This document shows positions 1 to 12,800 of a stretch of 53,184 nt of DNA, piece by piece. The notes beneath the pieces were generated by a model, which had not been told where the DNA came from, did not search any database, and was given only the letters and a program-made list of their open reading frames with translations. The position numbers were made by a program, and so were the translations under genes. The stretch's first letter is position 1. Each line of letters begins with the position of its first letter. The DNA comes from Sphaeroforma arctica JP610 (lineage: Eukaryota), in NCBI RefSeq assembly GCF_001186125.1, contig NW_014040298.1, forward strand, positions 1-53,184. Direction: 5' to 3'.

Positions 1-842
1 ACAGTAATCGGTGTGTATATTGACTATATTTTTATGTCTAAGTTGTCTTAGGGATATAACCACATATCTGACAGTGTGTATATTGACTATATTTTTATGT
101 CGAAGTTGTCTTAGGCCTACAATTACATATCTGACAGTGTGTATATTGACAATACTTTTATGTCTAAGTTGTCTTAGGGATACAATTACATATCTGACAG
201 TGTATATATTGACTATATTTTTATGTCTAAGTTGTCTTAGGGATACAATTACATATCTGACAGTAATTGGTGTGTATATTGACTATATTTTTATGTCTAA
301 ATTATCATAGGGATACAATTACATATCTGACAGTGTGTATATTGACAATATTTTTATGTCTAAGTTGTCTTAGGGATACAATTATATATCTGACAGTGTA
401 TATATTGACTATATTTTTATGTCTAAGTTGTCTACTGGATACAATTACATATCTGACAGTGTGTATATTGACTATTTTATTATGTCCATGTTGTCTTAGG
501 GATACAATTACATACCTGACAGTGTGTATATTGACTATATTTTTATGTCTAAGTTGTCTTCGGGATACAATTACGTGTCTAACCGTGTGTGTTTTGACTT
601 TATTCTTCTACAACTACGTGTCATCAGTGTGTGTTTTGACTATATTTTTTATACAATTACATCTATCAGTGTGTGTTTTGACTATATTTTTTATACAATT
701 ACGTCTATCAGTGTGTGTTTTGACTATATTTTTATACAATTACGTCTATCAGTGTGTGTTTTTACTGCATTTTTATACAAGTACGTCTATCACGGTGTGT
801 TTTGACTATATTTTTATTTCTCAGTGGTCTTCGGGATACAAT
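1..842. repeat. 63-bp minisatellite (with shorter variants) seeded on the CLEC16A stop codon/3' UTR
   Basis: Unit gtgtgtatattgactatatttttatgtctaagttgtcttagggatacaattacatatctgaca. The last copy overlaps the stop codon at 821-823. Confidence 0.9.
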
Positions 843-3800
843 CCCAGAAGGGTTTCGAGGCGTTTTCGTTTGAGCTGTTGCAATTCGGTGTTGGCCTGCT
901 GCAGATGTTGCCTACAATGAAGGAACGGCCCAATGTCATATCAACAGTTATACATCTGGTAAAATATATCAACAGTTAAACATCTGGTAAAGAATATCAA
1001 CAGTTGAACACCCGGTAAAAATATCAACAATTAAACGTCTTGAAAGAGTCCTGGGACATTGTTGTAACCATGCCAGACCCATGACTCATTCAAAGCTACA
1101 GAACTATGTGCTGAAGTGCAGCGGTGGTTGAAATTATGTACGTACAAAAAAATAGGACATGACACCCAAGAATGCTACGATAAATTGTAATAACTGCTAC
1201 GGTGAAATGTAATAACCACCACGATAAAATGTAATAGTTAATAACCACTAAGATTAAAGGTATTCAAGGCAAACTGCAGGCTTGACTTACGAGGCAGCCG
1301 CCGCCCTGAGATGATCCTCAAAGACAACCCTCAGAACATTCTTCGTGCCAGGAGCATACCCTCGCGGAGGTGATTGAATCACCACGTGTAGCACTCTCTA
1401 CTCGTCAGGCGTATGGAAGGAAGCATGGATTAGCTCAGTGACAGCTGCAATGGTTGCCTACGCTTGTGAAGACTCAGTCAGCAGAGACCAAGACCAGTAA
1501 GTATGGCACACAGTGGGAGTACTACCCAGCATAGACCAAGACCAGTAAGTAAGGCACACAGTGGGAGACTACCCAGCATAGACCAAGACCAGTAAGTAAG
1601 GCACACAGTGAGAGACTACCCAGCATAGACCAAGACCAGTAAGTAAGGCACACAGTGGGAGTACTACCCAGCATAGACCAAGACCAGTAAGTAAGGAACA
1701 CAGTGGGAGTACTACCCAGCATAGGCCAAGACCAGTAAGTAAGACACACAGTGGGAGTACTACCCAACAAGCGATAGAGCGGACTCACATTGAACGCATG
1801 ATCAACGACGGGCAGACCAACACAACGGACGTCAATGCAACTCTTCTAACACATTCACTGCACCCGTCTCGAGCTAAAGTGTCGCAACTGCCACGCACGA
1901 CGCGCATGAGTGTACCATACGCCAGTCTTCTTCTTGTGCATTTCTATACTCAAATCTGTGGATAAAAAAATGGTTCACGGATATACTAGTACCTGCAGTG
2001 AGATCACTACATGGCCGGAGGATGCGTGCAAAATGAAGAAGCAGAAGAAGAAGAAGAACAACAACAAACACGTGTCGAAACCTTACATGGTTGCCACTGT
2101 CGGGTGTGATGTCCACGTGCTGCAAGTCACTGGCCACCTTAACCACCCCCCAGCCCAATTGTTCTGTAGATAAAGGGAAAGGTTTGTAATCGAAGAAACG
2201 GATAAGACTACCGAACATCTCAACAGCTCAATTAAAGGTAAGCCGAATTTAGGATGGGATTCGCGGGAGAATTGGCTGTACATCGCAATCACCTATCACC
2301 TTTCGACTCAGCCGTCGTTGTTCAGAAGTAGCGTTGTAGCAAGAACTAGCATGTGTATGTTTACATCAACACACCAACAAGTATGGTCATATGGTCGACG
2401 GCAACGCTATAGTTAGACGTACATGCTGCGTGTTTGATAGTAACGGATATAATACGCCATAGGGAAGATACAACTGCAGACTGGCAGCTCACACGCCCGA
2501 GTGTGAACGCGTGCTATCGTTCCAATATGCCTAACGTAGGCTATTTAAACAATAACTCATGTACGCATAACTCCCCTGCCACAGCTAAACATAGCATTTA
2601 TGCGCACGCCTACGTAGGCTATATAAACAATAACTCATGGACGCGTAATTCACCTGCCATAACCAAACATAGCAACTATGCGCACGCTTGAGACACGATT
2701 GGCAAGCATAATTGTCAACACGTCTGCGTTGACAAGGATGGTTGTGAACATGTCTATGCTGACAAATGCTTGGGACACGACTGGCAAGCATAATTGTCAA
2801 CACGTCTGCGTTGACAAGGATGGTTGTTAACACGTCTGCGTTGACAAGTATGGTTGTTAACATGTCAATGCTGACAAATGCTTGAGACACGACTGACAAG
2901 CATAATACACAACTATCACGAGGTATACGAAAGTAATACACGGGACGTACTCTTGTCAGGCTCTACAAATATCAAGCGCTCAGGGTCGATGACGAGAAAT
3001 CTGTGCGCGCCCAAAGGCTTATCTGACTGAATCACTCGACACGACATCAGGTCTGCGTCGTCTGTGAGGGTGTGGGATTTTGTTAACACGTCGATAGTTG
3101 ACAAGAGAAGGATAGCAATTGGAAGTACGAGAATAGGCGGAATAGTATCAGCTATTGAGCGCAACTACAATCAAAGAACTATCTTGTAGCAACCGATCTC
3201 AATTGAGTATGTCTAGTACATTGGTTTGTCGAGTTAGTGAGGAAGAAGCATAGCATGGCTACCACAAAGCGTAATCACAATCCACTAACTATCTTATAGA
3301 GATATATCCCTATGGTCTGTCAGAGATATTTAAAGGTGTATGTGCATATTCACCGGGGATATCGTCGGAATAACTGAAATCTATTCACAAAACTGACGGC
3401 ACACGTAAGTGACAGGTGCACACCGAAGACACGCACAAACAATCTAGAGACCAATCCATTTTGAAGAAAAAAACTCAGATCTAACTGTTGATTGAAACAT
3501 ACTCAGATCTAACTGTTGATTGAAACATACTCAGATCTAACAGTTGATTGAAACATACTCAGATCTAACTGTTGATGGAAACAGACTCAGATCTAACTGT
3601 TGATGGAAACATACTCAGATCTAACTGTTGATGGAAACATACTTAGATCTAACTGTTGATAGAAACATACTAAGATCTAACTGTTGATGGAAACATACTC
3701 AGATCTAACTGTTGATAGAAACATACTAAGATCTAACTGTTGATGGAAACATACTCAGATCTAATTGTTGATGGAAACATACTCAGATCTAACTGTTGAT

Positions 3801-6800
3801 TGAGAAGCTCTTGCTCATTAACTTCTGCGAGTAAAGGCAACATATCCTCAGCCGTGCGAATCTACGCAGCCCATTCCACAGTCACCGCCGCACCAATCAC
3901 AGTACGCCGTCAGAGGGAAGTAGTGCGTATAGAGATCAACGGCAGAGGGTGTTGTGGTTAGTAGAATATCTGAACGAGCGACAACAACGACACTCATGCA
4001 GAGTTAACATAGACGTACACGTGGAAGTAACATCAGCCACACTCATGCAGAGGTAACATAGACGGACACGTGCAAGTAACATCACCGACACTCATGCAGA
4101 ATTAACATGCGATGCACCGCAGACGTACACGTACTAAAACCCTAAACCTTAAAACGTACACGTGGAAGTAACATCAGCGACACTCATGCAGATTTAACAT
4201 GTTTTAGGGTTTTAGGGGTTCTGAAGATGGAAATGGCACTGTGCACCTTTCGAACAGATTTGCCACAAACGTAACAGCCTTCTATTCAAGTAAAAAAATA
4301 ATGCCACAGACAAAGCCAGTATACGACAGAAGGGTTCATACCACCCACTTGAAATTAGAGCCTTTTCCACACACCAATTGTAAGTAGAGTTTACGCATGA
4401 GTTTTTCCACACACCATTTGTAAGTAGGGTTTACAGATGAGTTTTTCCACACACCAATTGTAAGTAGAGTTTACGCATGAGTTTTTCCACACACCAATTG
4501 TAAGTAGGGTTTACAGATGAGTTTTTCCACACACCATTTGTAAGTAGAGTTTACGCATGAGTTTTTCCACACACCAATTGTAAGTAGGGTTTACGGATGA
4601 GTTTTTCCACACACCAATTGTAAGTAGAGTTTACGCACGAGTTTTTCCACACACCAATTGTAAGTCGAGTCTACGCACGAGTTTTTCCACATACCAATTG
4701 TAAGTAGAGTTTACGCATGAGTTTTTCCACACACCAATTGTAAGTAGAGTTTACGCACGAGTTTTTCCACACACCAACTGTAAGTAGGGTTTGCGCACGA
4801 GTTTTTCCACACACCAACTGTAAGTAGGGTTTACGCACGAGTTTTTCCACACACCAATTGTAAGTAGAGTTTACGGATGAGCAGGAAGCTGTGGACGGCC
4901 TTGCGACACCGCTCGACCTCTCCGTTGGGTATGCGGTAGTTGAGGTGAATGCCTGTGTGGCACGGGAGAGGTAGTGATGCCAACGGTCACATGAGTGTCA
5001 GCTCAGACGGTTCTCGTTATACAAAGCACTCGGGCGTTACCTTTGGCTGAAGCCTACCTCAGCGACATCGCCATGTGTGTATGAGGAGACGGTACTCACG
5101 CAACCATCGGAAAAAAAACGAGATCTGGCATGACTCATGTTTGACTCATGCTTGTGAGGGATTGAACGTGTGCACTCACAACAGCATCGGATGAGCTTGT
5201 TGCCATTTGTGATTACTCAATGGGCTGACAGTCTCCTCTGAGGCTGCCATGATAGCATTACTAACTGGTGTCAAATGAGACAGTAAAAAGCACAACTGTG
5301 TACTGACTCGGGTGGGTCGGACGTGGGTGGTTATCACATTCGTTTACATTTCCACGCACTGTCAGATACTTTCGTGTTCAGGTTTATACACACGACACAG
5401 TACTACACACTTACGTGTCCAGGTTTACACACACGACACGGTACTATACACTTACGTGTTCAGGTTTACACACACGACACAGTACTACACCCTTACGTGT
5501 TCAGATTTACACACACGACACAGTACTACACTCTTACATGTTTAGGTTTACACACACGACACAGTACTACACTCTTACGTGTTCAGGTTTACACACACGA
5601 CACAGTACTACACTCTTACGTGTTCAGGTTTACACACACGACACAGTACTACACTCTTACGTGTTCAGATTTACACACACGACACAGTACTACACTCTCG
5701 GCCACAGCCTGGAAGTGATAGACACCCCATTGCGAATACACACACCCCCACAGGGACAAACAAAAACAAACAAACAAACAGTGCACAGGAGAAGACAACA
5801 ACAGATGAGTGCACTGAGGGAAACTAAACCAATCATGATACAAAGAATAACAAAGAAACATGCACCTGCAGGCACACACACAAGACGGAATCAAGGAGAA
5901 CGCCAACGCCAACGCCAGTAGACACGCAGGGGTGAGCATAAAGACAACACCTCGCAAAACATAACATATGCCGTGAAACAGTATACTCCTAGTAAATGCA
6001 CACACCCACCTGTCATGGGTGTAATAGCTACAACCACATCTCACAAAACACATACACTAGTACATGCACCCACCCACCTGTCATGGGTGTAATAGCTACA
6101 ACCACACCTCACAAAACACATACACTAGTACATGCACACACCCACCTGTCATGGGTGTAGTAACTACAATCACACCTCACAAAACACATACACTAGAACA
6201 TGCACACACCCACCTGTCATGGGTGTAGTAACTACATCCACACCTCACAAATCACACACACTAGTACATGCACCCACCCACCTGTCATGGGTGTGTTGGT
6301 AGCCGGCAGTAGTATGTGGGGTTGCATGAGCACCGTCTGCATGCGCAGCTCCTTCTGTTGATACTCAGCCTCAACCATTGGCAGGATCATGGCACTCGCG
6401 TGGGTGCGGTACAGCGTGGCCACTTGACTCTGTGCGGTCTCGTGCGCCGACTGTGTGGTAGGTACAGGGATGTATATATAACTAAAGAGAACACATACAT
6501 AAACAACCAGACAAGGGATGTATATAAAACTGAAGAGATCACATACATAAACAACCAAGATGTATATATAACTAAAGAGATCACATACATAAACAACCAG
6601 ACAACGGCAGAAGAACACGCCTGCATGGACGTATATGGTTAACAGCCAGCACAAACAGTACACGCTCTACCACTACTGGGACAGTGCAGCGTAAGGATAC
6701 AGGGAAGTCCGCCCATCCCTCACATTGGGCGAGGCTTCAAAGGTTAGTGTCGGTGCTTTGATACGCTCTCAGGGCCCAATGCGGCTCATCACAACCCACA

Positions 6801-9800
6801 GACCCACACCACGGACTATATCACAGCCAATACTGTAGTACCACAAACTGCATGCTGAGTCATAAGCAATGATCACGGACTATATCACAGCCAACACTCT
6901 ATTAACACAAACTACATGCTGAGTCATAAGTAATGCCGCGTACACAACCATCGCCACCACACACCTTCAGCTTCTGAATATGCCTCGCCCTGAGACAGGC
7001 GTCAGTGCCTTCGAAGTAGCACAACTCGCGGATGACCTTGGCAGCCACATGGATGGTCACTTGGCGCACCTCACTGTTTATCTTACACCCTGTGTGAGGG
7101 TGGGATGGCAAATGAGTGAAGATAAGTATCTATAATATCTTACACCCTGTGTGAAGGTGTGATGGCAAACGAGTGAAGATAAGTATCTATAATATCTTTC
7201 ACCTTGTGTGAGGGTGTGTTAAATGAGTGAAGATCAAGTGTCTTTTTTATCTTACACCCTGTGTTAAGGTGTGTCAAATGAATGTTAGTGAAGAACACGT
7301 ATCTGTATCAAGTGTTGCAAACATGTGTAATGATATGCATGCAAAAGGACCCAACTAATTACACCATGAAGAACGCCTGGAAGGAGAGTGACGTACACAC
7401 GGGACATTTGATTGGTGTTAGTATACATCGTATACATTTGATTGGTGTTAGTATACATCGCATACATTTGATTGGTGTTAGTATAGATCGCACACATTTG
7501 ATTGGTCCTAGTATAAATCGTATACAGATTGGTCCTAGTATAAATCGTATACATTCGATTGGTGTCAAATAAGGATTGTATACCCTGGAATAATACGTCA
7601 CCTAAGGTGCAAGTGAACACGTGCATATTCGCGCTGTGTAGTAAGTCAGCATTTGGCACAAAGATTTTTACTACCACATGACATGTACACCAACCCATTG
7701 ACTTACCTTCACCACCACATGATAAATACACCAACCCATTGACTTTACTACAACATGATAAGTACACCAACCCATTAACTTACTTTCACTACCACATGAT
7801 AAATACACCAACCCATTGATTTTACTACCACATGATAAGTACACTAACCCATTGACTTTCCTACCACATGATAAGTACACCAACCCAATGACTTTACTAC
7901 CACATGATAAGTACATCAACCCATTGACTTGCCTTCCCGGAGTACTGCGATGGCTCTCTCAACCAACTCCGCGCTGTATGATATCGTCGACTGGAGAAAT
8001 AAAAAAATGAAAATATAAATTAAAAATCCTGTAAATAGAAAAATAAAAACAGTATGTACATGTAAGCGTCCACGGAACACGTGAGCACAAAAGAACGGAT
8101 CCACACAACAGTACGTCTATGACCGATAATCAATGCTCGCTTGCGTGTGTGTAGCTGTGTAGACGCATCTCCATGTGACTACCAACCAGCCGTACCAATG
8201 TGAACATGCTTTGACTAAACGACGGGGACGATGGCAAGCGTGGTAATCGCATCTCTGCTTCCTCCGACACTCCATCGCCGACTGTGGGTGATGAGGAATC
8301 TCGTCTCGCCGTGCTAGACTCTGTAGTGGGTTCTTCCGTCTGTTCCGTATTGGTAGTTGAAATACGAGTCAGATTTGAGCTTGTGCATATAATGTGCATA
8401 TAATGTGCATATATATATATATATATAAATACATATACAATATAATATAATTTATATATAATAATATATATATACTAATATATATATATATATATATATA
8501 TACATACATACATATACATACACACACACACACACATATATATATATATCTCTCATGACGCACGCTTGTTGTCCACGGGCAGATATTTTCACACCACGAC
8601 TCGAAACCAAGCCACGGCGAAGAGTGCAGTGAAAGTCTAAACCCCTACAAAGCTCTGGCCACAGCACAACAACTTCAAATGTCTCCCACTATTACAAGTA
8701 CAGTCAGCACTCCCATGTCCTCAGACAAAGAGGGTTTCATAGCAACCCAAAAACCCTAGCCGTCCCCTGTCACCATACACAAGAGGTGTCATAGTAACCA
8801 CCAACTCAGCTCAAACACCCCAGTACCTCTGCAGCGATTCCTTCCTCAGCGATTGCTCGCTTCTTGGGCAGCCATCGGGCGGCCGTCAGTATGTTGCTTT
8901 CCACCAATGGCGACGAGATGATGCTGTACACAAAACATAGCGCACTCAGCGTCACGGTTTCGTCCTTTTCGCAGTCTATAGCTCGCAGTACTGCGTCTCG
9001 GTATAATCGCTCGTTCCCTGTTTGTGTGTGGTGGGTTACGTTTGTGTGGGGTGGGGTATATGTGTGAGGGTGAGTTTCATACCATGACCAAGCAGGCTTA
9101 CTGAGAAAGGTCCGCACATGCCGTGACATCCACGAGGTTCATTCTGTGCACTCACTCGATGTGAGTTGCTGATGTGGACCGTTTGCTTAGAGGTTTGAGC
9201 TTCGCATGTAATGTTCACGTATGTACTCTCTCGTACTGAGCTTCGCATGTACACGTATGTACTCTCTTCGCATGTACACGTATGTACTCTCTTCGCAGGT
9301 GCACGTATGTACTCTCTCGTACTGAGTGTATCGGCGACAGCTGTCAGAGAGAGATGACACCCCTGACTTGCAGCAGCCCCGGAATTCTAAAGCTCTCACA
9401 GTCAACCAGAATATAAGACACCTGACACACCTCACATTCACAGACGTCGGAACTACAAACAACAAACCGCCGTAAACCCTAAACCCTGGAGATGCATGTT
9501 AAATGAGGACACCGTGCATGGCTCCAATGACTCAGAAGATACGAATAGTCGTGAGGTGCCCAAGACACACTTACGTACACATCAGTGAATGTATAAGTCA
9601 ACTATGTCACATATGAACATCCCCACACATCTACCTGACCACACCACATGTACACATCAGTGAATATGCAAGTCAACAATGTCACATATGAACATCCCCA
9701 CACATCTACCTGACCACACCACACGTACACATCAGTGAATGTACAAGTCAACAATGTCACATATGAACATCCCCACACATCTACCTGACCACACCACACG

Positions 9801-12800
9801 TGCACATCAGTGAATATGCAAGTCAACAATGTCACATATGAACATCCCCACACATCTACCTGACCACACCACACGTACACATCAGTGAATATGCAAGTCA
9901 ACAATGTCACATATGAACATCCCCACACATCTACCTAACCACACCACACGTACACATCAGTTAATGTACAAGTCAAGAATGTCACATGTGAACATTTCCA
10001 CACATCTACCTGACCACACCACACGTACACATCAGTGAATGTACAAGTCAAGAATGTCACATATGAACATCCCCACACATCTACCTGACCACACCACACG
10101 TATTGTTAGTGAATGTACAAGTCAACAATGTCACATATGGACATCCCCGCACATCTGCCTGACCACACCACACGTATTGCACACCTGTCACGGTCATGGA
10201 CGTCTTCCTACTCAGTGACAGCGTAGTCGGATCGCTCACATTGGCTGTGGTTGTCATGGTAACCTCTAGACCCTCCGCGTCCTCATGTGCGAACCCCTTT
10301 GAGAAGGCCATGCGGCTGCTGCGATCCTTTGCACTGGTGGGGCGACTGTTAACGTTTAAACGTTCCATCGATACCACGGGACTGTCAATGATCTTTTCTG
10401 GCGGACCGAATCTTCTGTATAACGCAGTGCAGACGGGTAGGGGTGCTTCAATGAGGTGCTGTTATGACACACTCACTACCACAGACTGCTTTCACAGTGT
10501 GCTATTAATTCCTGCAGAACTAATCCATACACAAAACTCGGGGTGCTAGGAGGGGTATTCACGGTATATATATATATGCAAATGTCAACATATAAATGTA
10601 TATATATACATACATACATATATATATATATTAAAAAATATAAATACATATACATATATAAATATATATGTATGTATGTATAGACATATATATTATAGAT
10701 ATAGTAGTGGCCCTGTCTATAGCACCCGTTCATATCAATATCCGTCTATTCCTGCTCCCGCGTACTTCAGCAACACTCACATATATCTAATAACTTACAC
10801 TTCACACATGCCGGTCTGATTAACCGAGTTCAAATCGGCCCCTTACAGCAAATAAACCTGCGCTATAGCTTCCTCTCGCACCATCCAAACCACTCCCTAC
10901 GAACACAACACGTACTTTATAACACCCTTCCCTGTCCAAACAGACCCACACCCCACACGCCACACCAAACAGACCTACACCCCACACCCCACACCAAACA
11001 GACCCACACCCCACACCCCACACCAAACAGACCCACACCTCACACGCCACACGCCACACCAAACAGACCCACACCTCACACGCCACACGCCACACCAAAC
11101 AGACCCACACCTCACACGCCACACGCCACACCAAACAGACCCACACCTCACACGCCACACGCCACCCCCTGAGGTCGTCTCGCACCTTACCTCAGGCGAC
11201 TCTTAGCCGTGTCGGGTGTTCGGTATGACATGGCGTCTGGAGTGCCCATCCCTGAGGCCAATGCGGGTGACGAAGGAGCGGACAGCACCGTTGCGTGTTT
11301 GAAGGGACTGTTGAGGGCGGGGGGTGGGCCTCTGCGGGTGTTCTGTGGTGTGTTGTAGCCGTTGGCTGCGTGGGTGCAAGCGGCGGTGGGTGAGCGAGAC
11401 CGGTTGGTGGGAGGTAGATGTGTGGATTGGTGTGGAGTAGATATGTGGATACGCCTAAGGACCGTGCATGTGGAATGTTCCAGTGGTGTTAGGGTATCTA
11501 TTGAGGGCTATACCGAGCACTCAGAGGATGTCACGACCATATTGTACACTTACAACATGTGCCTCGAACGCAGACACGAACACAAACACACAGAAAAACA
11601 CGCACACGTGTACACAAACACACAGAAAAACACGCACGCACGTACACAAACACACAGCTAAAAAGCACACTCCACACGACGGCATCCTACAAAGGGTCTG
11701 TCAGCACAGCAGTATGTGCGGGAGCCATAGTCTGACTTGCATCTTCCATACAGCAAGACCAGCTTTCATCGCCCCAGATGTTCGTACACAACAGACGGAC
11801 TTGTATTTATGCGCATATGTATAACATATTGCACCAATGCACCCGCTTTTGCTAGCTTTAGGACCGGTTCGTGCTATAGCTGAAGACGGAGAAGTCACTT
11901 CACACACACTATCCACGCAGAATCGAATCCATGAGCATGTGTGCAAATTGAGACACATATTATGAGCATGTGTGCATATAGTAACATGTGTGCACACATA
12001 TCATGAGCGTGTGCATAGGGAGATACATATCACGAGCATGTGTGCAAAGACAGACACATATCGTGTCTGTATACATTCAAGGCTACAAGCGATATGACCA
12101 GCCGTGTCTTCCACAATGACAAAACAACCGTCTCGCACTTTAGAGAATACACACTTGAAACACTTGCAATGTGGGTGTACTATCATACCGTAGATATACC
12201 TCCGCACACACTAACAATTGGTAGCGATGGGTCTGACCCATAACATCCGTCTCATATCCTAGAGAACACATACTCAACACTTGCAATGCAGGGGTAGAAT
12301 CAAAACAACGGCACGCATACATCCTTACATACTTACAATTGGTAGTGATTGGTCTGACTGTACCGTCTCCTGAGGGCGAATCCACAGTCACTCCCCCCAG
12401 GACAGCTGTGACGTGTGTTGCTAAGTTGTTTGTTGATATCTGGGCATCACTTGGTGTGTGTGTGTTGTTTTCGTTTGGCATTACATCATCTGCTGTGTGC
12501 GTGTTTGCTTCTTTGCTCGTCTCCCTGGCCTCTACCCCGTCGTCAGTGAGTGCCGTGTGCGTGTGCGTGTGCGTGTGCGTGTGCGTGTGCGTGTGCGTGG
12601 GCGTGGGCGTACGGTCGTTGTGTGCTTCAGCCGTGTCTGTGTCCAGGCTACTACGCTCATGGGCCTCAATCGCTGTCTCCTCCCTCTTCTCGCCCGCCCT
12701 ATCCTCTCCCTTTCCCGTAGTACCCCCACCACTTGTTGGCGTGTCGTCTCTATGCGTGTCTGCACACCCCTCTTCCCGCCTCCCCTTATCTGCATTGCTC

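Noticed and set aside
11..920. Hydrophobic or Cys-rich repetitive ORFs (also 5312-5921, 9602-9928, 13133-13465, 14545-15222, 30852-31175)
   Set aside because: They are translations of minisatellites lying in introns or UTRs.
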